A DNA stretch of 64,000 nucleotides, from assembly GCA_963696385.1 (NCBI GenBank), contig CAVOKF010000003.1:736001-800000 (forward strand). The letters are read 5' to 3'. The DNA comes from an uncultured delta proteobacterium. Its GTDB lineage: Bacteria; Myxococcota_A; Polyangia; Polyangiales; Polyangiaceae. Positions 20,750-29,358 of the stretch are shown in pieces. The first letter of the stretch is position 1. Each line of letters opens with the position of its first letter. A program made the translations under genes and the position numbers. Under the pieces are notes generated by a model. The model was not told where the DNA came from, did not search any database, and saw nothing but the letters and a program-made list of their open reading frames with translations.

Positions 20750-21841
20750 TCATCCGGCTGTGGGCACCGAACCATCGGACGCCGCGGCGCGACCGTCGAG
20801 CGACGCTTGGATCGCCCCGCTCACGTCGCCGCAAAATTTGTCGAGCGTATGGTGCTTCTCCACATAGGCTCGCGCGGCCCGCCCCATGGCGCTGGCGCGG
20901 TCCGGATCGTTCCACAGAGACACGATCGCCGCGCGCAGCGCAGAGGCATCCCCAACAGGAACGAACAGACCCGTCACCCCTTCCTGGATCACGTCCACCT
21001 GTCCTTTCGTGCGGGAGCAGATGACCGGCTTGCCCATAGCCATTGCTTCGAGGATTACGTTGACGCCGTTGTCCGTGTCCGTTCGGCTTAGCGGCACGAC
21101 CACGAACCGCGACTTCGCGTACGTTTCACGAAGGTCGGTGAGCGGCAGACGGCCGACGGTCACGTTGTCGCTTGCAAGACGGGCAAAGACTTCGGCGCTC
21201 ACGCGGTGTCCGAAGCCGAAACGATCCACTCGCACGTGATCGGTTGCGATGTGGCAACGGAGGTCGGTACCGCGTAGGGCATCGAGCAGTGTCGGATAAT
21301 CACGCATTTCGGCCCCTGCGCTGCTTATCATTTCGATCGACCGCTCACGCGGGCTCCAAAACAGCTGGTCGACGAAGTGCTTCACGAGGTAGATCTTGTC
21401 CGGGGCGATCCGAAGCCGCTCGATCGCGTAGGTCCGCTGCACCGAGCTCCAGGTCACAATCGCCTGAAGCCCGCTGCCAAACGCCTCAAGGACTGTCCGG
21501 ACGCTCGGTCTGGAAAACCAATAAAGCATCGCTACATGCGGCTTGCTTCCAGGCGAGAAACGATCGAGCGCCATCAAGGCCAAGGAGACGCGCTCGCTCC
21601 ATGTCACGATCACGTCGTATTCCTCGCGACGACGGCTCACTTCGGCCGCAAGCCTTGCCCATCCAGGAATCCTCGGTGCCATGAGGCGAGGTTTTACGTC
21701 ACCGAGAATCGATTCGTCGTACCGTCTTTCGAACAGATCGTCGAACAACTGCCAGCGGGGTGCAGTGGCCCCGGTGGCATCGCGCGGGGGACGGTCTGTC
21801 GTGCGGCCCTGTACGGCCAGAGCCATTCGTCGTCTCGTCAC
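20750..21841 (-). CDS. Glycosyltransferase family 4
   Basis: RDYPTL, VVVPL...GVNVILEAMAMGKPVI, GLFVPVGD; GGAGG RBS before GTG. Confidence 0.9.
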   Translation of the reverse strand: MTRRRMALAVQGRTTDRPPRDATGATAPRWQLFDDLFERRYDESILGDVKPRLMAPRIPGWARLAAEVSRRREEYDVIVTWSERVSLALMALDRFSPGSKPHVAMLYWFSRPSVRTVLEAFGSGLQAIVTWSSVQRTYAIERLRIAPDKIYLVKHFVDQLFWSPRERSIEMISSAGAEMRDYPTLLDALRGTDLRCHIATDHVRVDRFGFGHRVSAEVFARLASDNVTVGRLPLTDLRETYAKSRFVVVPLSRTDTDNGVNVILEAMAMGKPVICSRTKGQVDVIQEGVTGLFVPVGDASALRAAIVSLWNDPDRASAMGRAARAYVEKHHTLDKFCGDVSGAIQASLDGRAAASDGSVPTAG

Positions 21842-21893
21842 TCAAACGCCTCCCTATTCTCGGGATCCATACTCACAGACAGCACTCGGCGCC

Positions 21894-22710
21894 TCAAGTG
21901 CCGCCCTCGCCCGATCGCAACAGAGCCCGCCCGAGAACCAGCAGGAACTTCGGGTCGCGCACGAGATAGCGATACGACAAGCGTCGCGGCTCACGACATA
22001 GGCGAAAGAGCCACTCGAGCCCCGACCGTGCCATCCAGCGTGGAGCGCGAGGCGCTGTACCAGCTAGGAAGTCCAGCGAAGCGCCGACGCCGAGCAAGAC
22101 CGCCGGGCGTAGGTCGTCGCGAGCACGGTCGATCCGAGATCTCCTGCTTTGGCGCCCCGAACGCGACGAGCACAAGGTCAGGGTGCGCCGCCCGGACGCG
22201 CTCGACGACGTGGGCCTGACGCCCGAGCGGTTCGTCCGCATCGAAACGGGGAGAATCGACGCCAACGATCTTGAGATCGGGAAGCTGCTCTCCGAGCCTC
22301 TGGCGCGCCATCTCGCCGACGCCGGGCGCGCCACCCAGGAGATACACGCCCCACCCGCGGGCGGCCGATCGGGCCAGGAGGAGCGGAACGAAGTCGGATC
22401 CGGCAACCCGCTCCGGAATGGGAGAACGAAGCAAATGGGACGCCCAAACAATCGGCATGCCGTCCGCAATGCAGAGATCCGCCCGGCCGTAAGCCGATCG
22501 CATGGCGGGATCTTCGTGAGCAATCATCACGTGGTCGACGTTCGGCGTAAACACCGCACCGCCCCTGCCCTTCGCGATGAGCGCCTCGACCACGTCCAGA
22601 GCCTCGCCTTGCGTGACCGAGTCGATCCGCACCGGGCCAAGCTGCAGGAACCGCCTCGGGCTCACCGAGCTAGCTCCGGCTCCGTCGAGCGCCCCGCGGG
22701 CCGGTGTCAT
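21894..22710 (-). pseudogene. WecB/TagA/CpsF (GT26) glycosyltransferase split by a +1 frameshift at about 22136 (pseudogene or sequencing error)
   Basis: FTPNVDH, ADGMPIVW, ERVAGSD, VAFGAPKQE in frame A; GVGASLDFLAG..RAPRWM..GLEWLFRL..EPRRL..RY in frame B. TCGG to TGG restores KQEIWI. Confidence 0.9.
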
Positions 22711-23333
22711 GTCTCGGAATCCAAGGGCGCAGGCCTTTCTCCCGCCAAGCGCGACGAGACAGAAGGGACCGGCGCTTGAACGATGGAGTCTGGCGGAACC
22801 GACGTTCGGACAAAACAGTTCGCCGTAACCTTCGAACGTGCACCGAGTGTGATCGGTCCCACGATCGTGCTTCCTGCCCCCACGTGAACACCGGTCGCAA
22901 CGACCGGCGCCCCAATCTTTCCACTGCGCGGGTCCGCACTCATTCCGAGCGTAACGTTCTGGAAGAGTATCGCTCCACGCTCGACGCGCGCGGCGCGACT
23001 GACCGCGAGGCCCATGCCATGAACGAGCACAATCCCGGGCTCGAACTGCGCTTGCCAATGAATGTCGGATCCGTAGGCGTGACGAATCAGCCTCGAGGCG
23101 ATCTGAGGTGCAAGGGGAAGTCCGGCTTCGACGAAAAAGCGCATGGTTCGGTACGCTGCCAGCATCTGAAAGCCGACACGGGTCACGAGGTCTCTCGCCA
23201 ATACCGATTCACCAGGGAACCGCTCGGCCCCGTATTTCGCGTCGTAATAGCAGAGCATTCTATGGTCTTCGCGAACCGCGTCCACCATAGCGCGCCATGC
23301 GCGGACGATACCCACCGGCCCGGGACGAGTCAC
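22707..23333 (-). CDS. Serine O-acetyltransferase-like LbH acyltransferase
   Basis: YGSDIHWQAQFEPGIVLVHGMGLAV, ILFQNVTLG, APVVATGVHVGAGSTIVGPITLG; GTGA and ATGA overlaps with both neighbours. Confidence 0.85.
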   Translation of the reverse strand: MTRPGPVGIVRAWRAMVDAVREDHRMLCYYDAKYGAERFPGESVLARDLVTRVGFQMLAAYRTMRFFVEAGLPLAPQIASRLIRHAYGSDIHWQAQFEPGIVLVHGMGLAVSRAARVERGAILFQNVTLGMSADPRSGKIGAPVVATGVHVGAGSTIVGPITLGARSKVTANCFVRTSVPPDSIVQAPVPSVSSRLAGERPAPLDSET

Positions 23334-24163
23334 GGGGACAAACCCGCGCCGCTCGCCTTGCGACGTTGAACGGCCTCTACGTGATCCATGAGCTCGCGAA
23401 TCGAGCGCACGGCTCTCACCTGGTCCTCCGCCAACGCGACGCCGATCTCTTCCTCGAGTGCCACGATGAGGCGCAGTGCGCCGAGGGAATCCCATTGCGG
23501 GATCTGGCCCGGGCCATCCTGCACGTCCGGAACACGGGATAGACCGAGCACGTGCATGACGAGCGCCGGCACGTCCCGTGGGAGGACGTCCGCGTGGTTG
23601 TCGCGATCCAACCGTGTCCGCGCGGGATTCCCCTCCACGACTGCGCCATCGGGAACGTCACCGGAGACTACGCTCCCAGCCCGCACCACCACGCCGCACC
23701 CAATCGTCGACCCCGGAAGAACGACGACGCGGTGGCCAAGCGTAGAGCCCTTGCCGACGCACACGCGCTTCGGAGCGGCGTTGCTCCTGAAATCCTCGGC
23801 CACGTGAAAGTTCGAGTCCAAGATGATCGAGAAGGCGCCGATTGACACGCCGTCCTGAATCTCCATTTCGCCGATGCACGAAATAGCTGCGCCTGCTCCG
23901 ATGCGAACTCGATTCCCAATGCGAAGGCTGCCGCTGACGAAAAGGTGCGACCGAACGGGACGGCTATTCAGCCGGAAATCGTCGCCGATGAGCAACGTCC
24001 CTGAATTGTGCACGAACGGGGAGCCGCCAAGCGCGGGCCGAGCGCCCACTCCAGTGCACCGGCGCAACCGGTATCGATCGACGGTTTCGGTGTAGCGGTC
24101 GCGCAGATGCCCGATCCAACCGCTGCCGCCCGCTCGGCTCCTCGCCATCGGCGTTAGCGTCAC
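23330..24163 (-). CDS. LbH acyltransferase fused to a C-terminal acyl carrier protein domain
   Basis: Hexapeptide repeats (IGNRVRIGAG, ILDSNFH, VVEGNPAR) followed by ACP signature IPQWDSLGALRLIVALEEEIGVAL; GTG overlaps the upstream TGA. Confidence 0.85.
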   Translation of the reverse strand: MTLTPMARSRAGGSGWIGHLRDRYTETVDRYRLRRCTGVGARPALGGSPFVHNSGTLLIGDDFRLNSRPVRSHLFVSGSLRIGNRVRIGAGAAISCIGEMEIQDGVSIGAFSIILDSNFHVAEDFRSNAAPKRVCVGKGSTLGHRVVVLPGSTIGCGVVVRAGSVVSGDVPDGAVVEGNPARTRLDRDNHADVLPRDVPALVMHVLGLSRVPDVQDGPGQIPQWDSLGALRLIVALEEEIGVALAEDQVRAVRSIRELMDHVEAVQRRKASGAGLSP

Positions 24164-26544
24164 GCGATGAGCTCCAGAGAAATGGCCTCGGGGATCGGAA
24201 ATTCGCGGCGGGTGTCCCAAATAAAGCGCGTGGGCAGTTCGCGCTGGAAGCTCGAACGTTCCCAAAATTCAAGACAAGGCTTGTTCTTCGGGGTCGTTAC
24301 CAGGTCCGCGATGACGACGTCCAGCGACAGCTTCCTGGCGGTGTCCACGGCGATGTGCGCCATCGTCTCCTCGACACGACGACCCATGACCCGGCAACTC
24401 AGAACGAAGTCGACGACACGCGCAGCGCCTCCCTGCGCCTCCAAACTGAGGACGCCTGTCAAGCCGGCATCGCCCAGGCGGTCCGACACCGACAGTGCCC
24501 ACAGCCAACGCCCCTTCTGCGTTGCCCATGCGAGCAGCTCGCCCTCCGTCAGCCGCCGGGTGGCCAGGTTCATCTGATTGGTTTTGTTCAGTAGCTGCGT
24601 CGCGCGCGACAGGTTCGCGGCGTTCAACGGCTCGGCGCGGACACGTATTCCGAGGCCCTTGAGCCACTCGTCGAGGGAGCCAACCTGAGCGCGGAGCTCC
24701 TCACGCTTGCGGTCCGACGCATACATTTCGGTGCGGACGGCGTCCTCCGCACTGCGCGTCGGAGTGTCGAAGCAGCGCAGCGACAGGAGCGTGCTTGCGT
24801 AGGCGAGCTTATCGTCCGGCCAATCCGGAACGAATACTTCGGGCAACGCCTCACGCACCCGCGCCCGCTCGAAAGGATTGTCGTCGATGAACACCGTCGA
24901 CTGGAGCCCCAGGTTCACACTGGATACGATTTCGGCGACGTTCTTGGCCTTGTCTTGCCAGTTGATCCGCCACGCGACGAAATCATCCTCTTTCAGGACC
25001 ATCGCGGCGTGATTGCGAATCGCCTCGAGTGCGACGGTCTCTTCGTTTTTGCTCACCATGGCGAGCAAAATGCCACGCCGCTTGAGGCTCTTTAGCGCGC
25101 GTTGAAAGTCGACGAACGCCTCTCCGACGCTGTCGTGACCGCCGAGGCGCAGTTGTTCCCAGCCGACGTCGCCGACGATTCCACCCCAAAGCGTGTCGTC
25201 GAGATCGACCACGACGAGCTTGCGCGTCAGGCCGGTCATGCTGGCGATTGCAGCTCTGATGTCCCCGGCTGCCTGTTCGAAGACCCCCGAGTGAAAGGGG
25301 ACCTTGCCCATGTACCAAAGCTTGGCGCTGTACGCGCCGCGGCCGACGTGTTCGAACCATCGCTGGGCGTTGAGTACGAAGATGCTCGGCGCCCCATCGA
25401 GCTGCGCGACGAGCCGATGATTGATGGCGTAGAGAGCGCGCGTTATCCCATGAGGGCGTGAATCGGCGAGACCCAACCCCCGCCGCCACGGCGCAACCGT
25501 CCACGAAGGCACGAACGCGAACCGGTACGATTGCAGGCCCTCCCGCAGCAGTTTGACGAAGGCGTCGACTTCCGAGAGAAGGACTTCCTCCTCGACCTGC
25601 TCGAACTCCAGAACGCGAGCGAAGGAGGGCAAAACGCCTTCGGGTCGGGTCCATACAACCGCGTAGTCGTGCTCCGAGTTCCTCGCCGACATCAGCGTGG
25701 GGACGACTTGACCGTAAGGCGCAACTGTCGCAGCAACCGGAGCGCTCTCGCCACCGGCTTCGAGGAAACGAGCCAACTCGTCGATCGTGAAATCCGACAC
25801 GAGAAGACCCCGATGAGCCGCCTCAGGACGTGCGCCGCCTGATGCTTTTGCGGTCCCGTTCTGGAGCCCCCGGTCACCCTCGACCTCCCGCATCGAGGCG
25901 CCGTTCGCGCCGACCGCTCCCGTCGATTGGACGACGGCGGCGCCACGGTCGAGATACCGAAGAACACGCGCCGGGTTGCCTCCGGCAACGACCCTCGGCG
26001 GCACCTCGCCGGTGACGACGCTGCCGGCGGTGATGACGGCGCCATGACCGATACGGGCGCCCGGCAGCACCGTCACGCGACTCGCCAGCCACACGCCGTC
26101 GCCAATCTCGACCGGCTCCGCGCCGATGCCCTCAGGGCCTTCGGGGTCCCCCAGTTCGGTGTCCGAGACGATGCAGTACGGGCCGATGGCGACACGGTCA
26201 CCGATCGTGACGCGGAGGTTCGCGCTGATGACGCTGCCAAAGTTGATGGACCCTTGCCCACCGATGCGAATGGCGCCGTTGGGGCCCGTCATAAGTTCGA
26301 CGGGGGCGAAGTCGCATACCAGCTTCGTGCGGCTGCCGATGTCGATGCGCCCCCGGTTGTCGACATGGACCCGGCCGATCACGCGAACCCAAGCGCCAAC
26401 GGTATTGCAGTTTCGAAACTGCAAGCGACCGGAAGCGGCTTCGGCGATGTATGCGGCGTCCTCCCTCAGGCGTGTCAAAAGAGCCTGGTCGCGCTGACGG
26501 ACCAGCCGCTCGCGCAGGAGAGAAAGAAACTGGTTCACGGCCAT
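24160..26544 (-). CDS. N-terminal LbH domain fused to an FkbH-like (HAD-IIIC phosphatase/glyceryl-ACP transferase) domain
   Basis: LbH in the first ~200 aa (IGDGVWLASRVTVLPGARIG...GGNPARV); FkbH motifs KLVVVDLDDTLWGGIVGD, SKNE, INWQDK, FIDDNPFER, QLLNKTNQMNL, LSCRVMGRRVE. Confidence 0.9.
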   Translation of the reverse strand: MAVNQFLSLLRERLVRQRDQALLTRLREDAAYIAEAASGRLQFRNCNTVGAWVRVIGRVHVDNRGRIDIGSRTKLVCDFAPVELMTGPNGAIRIGGQGSINFGSVISANLRVTIGDRVAIGPYCIVSDTELGDPEGPEGIGAEPVEIGDGVWLASRVTVLPGARIGHGAVITAGSVVTGEVPPRVVAGGNPARVLRYLDRGAAVVQSTGAVGANGASMREVEGDRGLQNGTAKASGGARPEAAHRGLLVSDFTIDELARFLEAGGESAPVAATVAPYGQVVPTLMSARNSEHDYAVVWTRPEGVLPSFARVLEFEQVEEEVLLSEVDAFVKLLREGLQSYRFAFVPSWTVAPWRRGLGLADSRPHGITRALYAINHRLVAQLDGAPSIFVLNAQRWFEHVGRGAYSAKLWYMGKVPFHSGVFEQAAGDIRAAIASMTGLTRKLVVVDLDDTLWGGIVGDVGWEQLRLGGHDSVGEAFVDFQRALKSLKRRGILLAMVSKNEETVALEAIRNHAAMVLKEDDFVAWRINWQDKAKNVAEIVSSVNLGLQSTVFIDDNPFERARVREALPEVFVPDWPDDKLAYASTLLSLRCFDTPTRSAEDAVRTEMYASDRKREELRAQVGSLDEWLKGLGIRVRAEPLNAANLSRATQLLNKTNQMNLATRRLTEGELLAWATQKGRWLWALSVSDRLGDAGLTGVLSLEAQGGAARVVDFVLSCRVMGRRVEETMAHIAVDTARKLSLDVVIADLVTTPKNKPCLEFWERSSFQRELPTRFIWDTRREFPIPEAISLELIA

Positions 26545-26719
26545 TAATCCAGTAGCGTCTGCATGGGCTCAGATCAAGGCCGTGCGTGCGCACCCTCGTT
26601 GCCTCTGCAGGGCTCATCTTGTCGCCCACGGCATCGATGGCGTATCCTCCGAGATTGCGCGCTCCGGCGTAGCGGTGAGGCGGGATGCGACGCCGGCCCG
26701 ACGAGCAAGGAGACACCTT

Positions 26720-27868
26720 ATGACCGCCGAACCGCCGCACACGGCGCCCACCGTTGGCGCAAACCCGACCGAGGCCAGGCCCACGGTAAGCGTGGTTCTC
26801 GCGACCTACAATCGTCTCGACTCCCTTCTCCGGCTGCTGTCGTGTCTGACCGGTCAGACGCTGTCGCCCAGCCGGTTCGAGGTCGTCGTCGTGGACGACG
26901 GATCGACGATCCCGGTACGCGAGCACGTGACAGCGCGACGGTATCCGTTCCCGGTGTCGGTTCTCGAGCAGATCAACGCTGGGCCATCGGCGGCACGCCA
27001 CCGCGGCGTCCTCCAGGCGCGCGGCGACGTTTTGGTGCTCGTCGACGACGACATGGATCTGCCCTCGCACTTTCTGGAGACTCACCTCCGGTATCACACG
27101 AGCGGCCGCCCTACGGCGGTCTTCGGCCGCTACGTCTCGGATCCAAACATCGGTGCCAAGGCCCTCTTCGAGCGCTATCACGGCTTGAAGTGGGACGAGC
27201 TCTCGCGCGCCGTGGCGAGCGGACGGGTCAAAGTGGATGGGACCCTTCTGGCAACTGGCAACGCATCGATGCGTCGGCAAGACTACCTCCGAGTGGGAGG
27301 GCTCGATCTGTCCTTGCCGCGCGCAGAGGACGTGGCCCTTGGGCTGGATCTCGAGGAGCTCGGCGTCGATCTCGTCTTCTCGGACGCCGCCTACTCCGTG
27401 CATTTGTCGGACCATTCTCAGCCTGAAAAATGGCGGGCGCGGGCGCTCCTGCACGGGAGGCTCGAACCACGAATCGCACGCAAGCATCCAGCGATGGCGC
27501 ACGCCGACCCATGGAGGTTTGCCTTCTCGCTTCCTTTGGCCGGTCGCGTCCTTTGCCTGCCTGCCTTACTCGCTCCGTCGCTCGGCGAGAAGGTCGCGAC
27601 CCTCACCTACGAGGCCGCCGAACGCGCCGATGAGCTCGGCTTCGAGCGCCTCGCCATGCGCGCAACCGGACTCGTATTCGGGATGGAATATTTCCGCGGG
27701 TTGCGGCAAGAAGCCGGGTCGATCCGCGGGGTCGCCACGGGTTGTCTCAACTTCCTAAGAAAGGCCGCCGCCTCCGATCGACCCGTCGCGGGAGTGCCGC
27801 CCTGGCTGGCACGCGGCGTCCGCGCCCTTACCGACGGCTGGGATCGGCCGACGGACTCTGCCGATTAG
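26720..27868 (+). CDS. Glycosyltransferase family 2
   Basis: SVVLATYNR, FEVVVVDDGS, NAGPSAARHRG, VLVDDDM, TGNAS, AEDV; AAGGAG RBS. Confidence 0.9.
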   Translation: MTAEPPHTAPTVGANPTEARPTVSVVLATYNRLDSLLRLLSCLTGQTLSPSRFEVVVVDDGSTIPVREHVTARRYPFPVSVLEQINAGPSAARHRGVLQARGDVLVLVDDDMDLPSHFLETHLRYHTSGRPTAVFGRYVSDPNIGAKALFERYHGLKWDELSRAVASGRVKVDGTLLATGNASMRRQDYLRVGGLDLSLPRAEDVALGLDLEELGVDLVFSDAAYSVHLSDHSQPEKWRARALLHGRLEPRIARKHPAMAHADPWRFAFSLPLAGRVLCLPALLAPSLGEKVATLTYEAAERADELGFERLAMRATGLVFGMEYFRGLRQEAGSIRGVATGCLNFLRKAAASDRPVAGVPPWLARGVRALTDGWDRPTDSAD

Positions 27869-29358
27869 GGCGACTGCAGGTAGCTTGGGTCCGCCCCGGG
27901 CCCCTCGAGAGCCTGCATGAACGCCACCAGATCACGCTGATCGAGGTCGGTCAAGCCGATCGGGTGGATCTCGGACGTGCCCGGATACCCACTGATGTTG
28001 CCCCCCATGTTGAAGAACGCGACGACTGCCGCGAGCGAGCCCATTTGGCCCGTATGCATCCATGTCGGCCTCATGCTCACGCACCGCAGCGTCGGCGTCC
28101 GAAAGGCGCCTAGCCTCTGCGGCGAGACCGTCGCCGGCAAGCGTCCGTCGCTCCCGTCACTGAAGATACCCAACGAATTGAGCGGGTCAGCGATGGCCTC
28201 AGCGATCCCTGTGGCGGCCCCCTGATCGTTCGCGTCGATGAATGCTTGCTGCACAATCTGCGGCTCTAGCCCGACGTTGTGAAACTGTTGGTCGGACATG
28301 AAAGGGCCAGCATGACACTGGACGCAACCACCTTTCCCGACAAACACGGCGGCCCCTCGCTGGGCAGAGCGGGACACGGCCGTCGTACTTCCGTGCATCC
28401 ACGCATCGAAGGGGGACGGGCCACACGTCAGAAGGCGCTCGAAAGCGCCGATCGCCTTTCCGGCATTGACCACCACGGTGGTGACGGCCAATTGGTTGCT
28501 CGCCGTCATGCCATCGAATTCGGCGTGGTCTCCCGGCATGCCATGGTACGTCCCGTCGCATACCGGCTGCGGTGCAGCAGGATTCTGCGGCTGGCACCCA
28601 GTCAACTGGGCGCTGAGCACCGGGAACTGGCTCGCGTCGTCCAACGGCGGCATCGGACCGAAGAGCGCCTCGTAGTCGGCCTGATAGCGCGCGAAAATTT
28701 GCTCCGCCGCATAGAGGCGCGAACTGTTCATCTCCACGACGGTCTCCAGCGGGCCGAAGATCTGGTTGTAGAGCGCATCCCGCCGGCCGTCCCACATAAG
28801 AAGCGTCGCCTGGCCTACGTCGAGCAGCGGCAAGGCGCGCCGCCGACCCCAACCGGCTCCAAGAGAAATCTGGCGCTGAAACGACCTCGTATCCGAGAAA
28901 CCGCTGGTGGGAATGTGACACCCGGCGCAGGCCACACGGCCGGTCTGACCGACCGTTCCCAGAGTGTCCGGACTGCCATCGTTGTCGGTATCCAGGAGAG
29001 GCCCTGAGAACGACGGATCGTAGAATAACCTTTGACCCAGAGCTGCCGCCGCTGGACTGTCCGCAAAGCGATTGGTCGCATCCGGCGGAGACGGGGGCAA
29101 CGGGTCCGGGGAGAGAGCTTGCAGCGCGGACCACTGATCCGCGCTAATCACGGCATCCGGGTCGTCCGCGTCCGAGGCCGCTTCCTCGAGATCCCCGTCG
29201 ACGGCCGCTGCGTCACTCGTTGCCGCGTCCTCCGCCACGTCATCGCGCGGTCCGTCGGCGCCTTCAGCCACGGCGGCGGCCCGATTCGTCCCCGACGAGC
29301 CGCATCCGATCGCGCCGCACGCGAGCGTCATCAGTGTCGCGTTCAATAGGCGCCGCAC
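27865..29358 (-). CDS. Di-heme cytochrome c peroxidase/MauG superfamily lipoprotein
   Basis: Lipobox AIGC; LGQRLFYD..FS, CAGCH, MWDGR, RGAAVF.GKGGCVQCHAGP, FHNVG, FRTPTLR, MHTG. Confidence 0.88.
   Translation of the reverse strand: MRRLLNATLMTLACGAIGCGSSGTNRAAAVAEGADGPRDDVAEDAATSDAAAVDGDLEEAASDADDPDAVISADQWSALQALSPDPLPPSPPDATNRFADSPAAAALGQRLFYDPSFSGPLLDTDNDGSPDTLGTVGQTGRVACAGCHIPTSGFSDTRSFQRQISLGAGWGRRRALPLLDVGQATLLMWDGRRDALYNQIFGPLETVVEMNSSRLYAAEQIFARYQADYEALFGPMPPLDDASQFPVLSAQLTGCQPQNPAAPQPVCDGTYHGMPGDHAEFDGMTASNQLAVTTVVVNAGKAIGAFERLLTCGPSPFDAWMHGSTTAVSRSAQRGAAVFVGKGGCVQCHAGPFMSDQQFHNVGLEPQIVQQAFIDANDQGAATGIAEAIADPLNSLGIFSDGSDGRLPATVSPQRLGAFRTPTLRCVSMRPTWMHTGQMGSLAAVVAFFNMGGNISGYPGTSEIHPIGLTDLDQRDLVAFMQALEGPGADPSYLQSP

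Noticed and set aside
21991..23058. 355-aa ORF as listed in the track
   Set aside because: The N-terminal part overlaps the CysE-like gene out of frame and the C-terminus is post-frameshift nonsense; the real gene is 21894-22710
23330..26544. FkbH + ACP as part of a PKS/NRPS cluster (methoxymalonyl or tetronate)
   Set aside because: No KS, A or C domains, FabH-like enzyme, acyl-ACP dehydrogenases or O-methyltransferase in the window; the context is entirely polysaccharide biosynthesis
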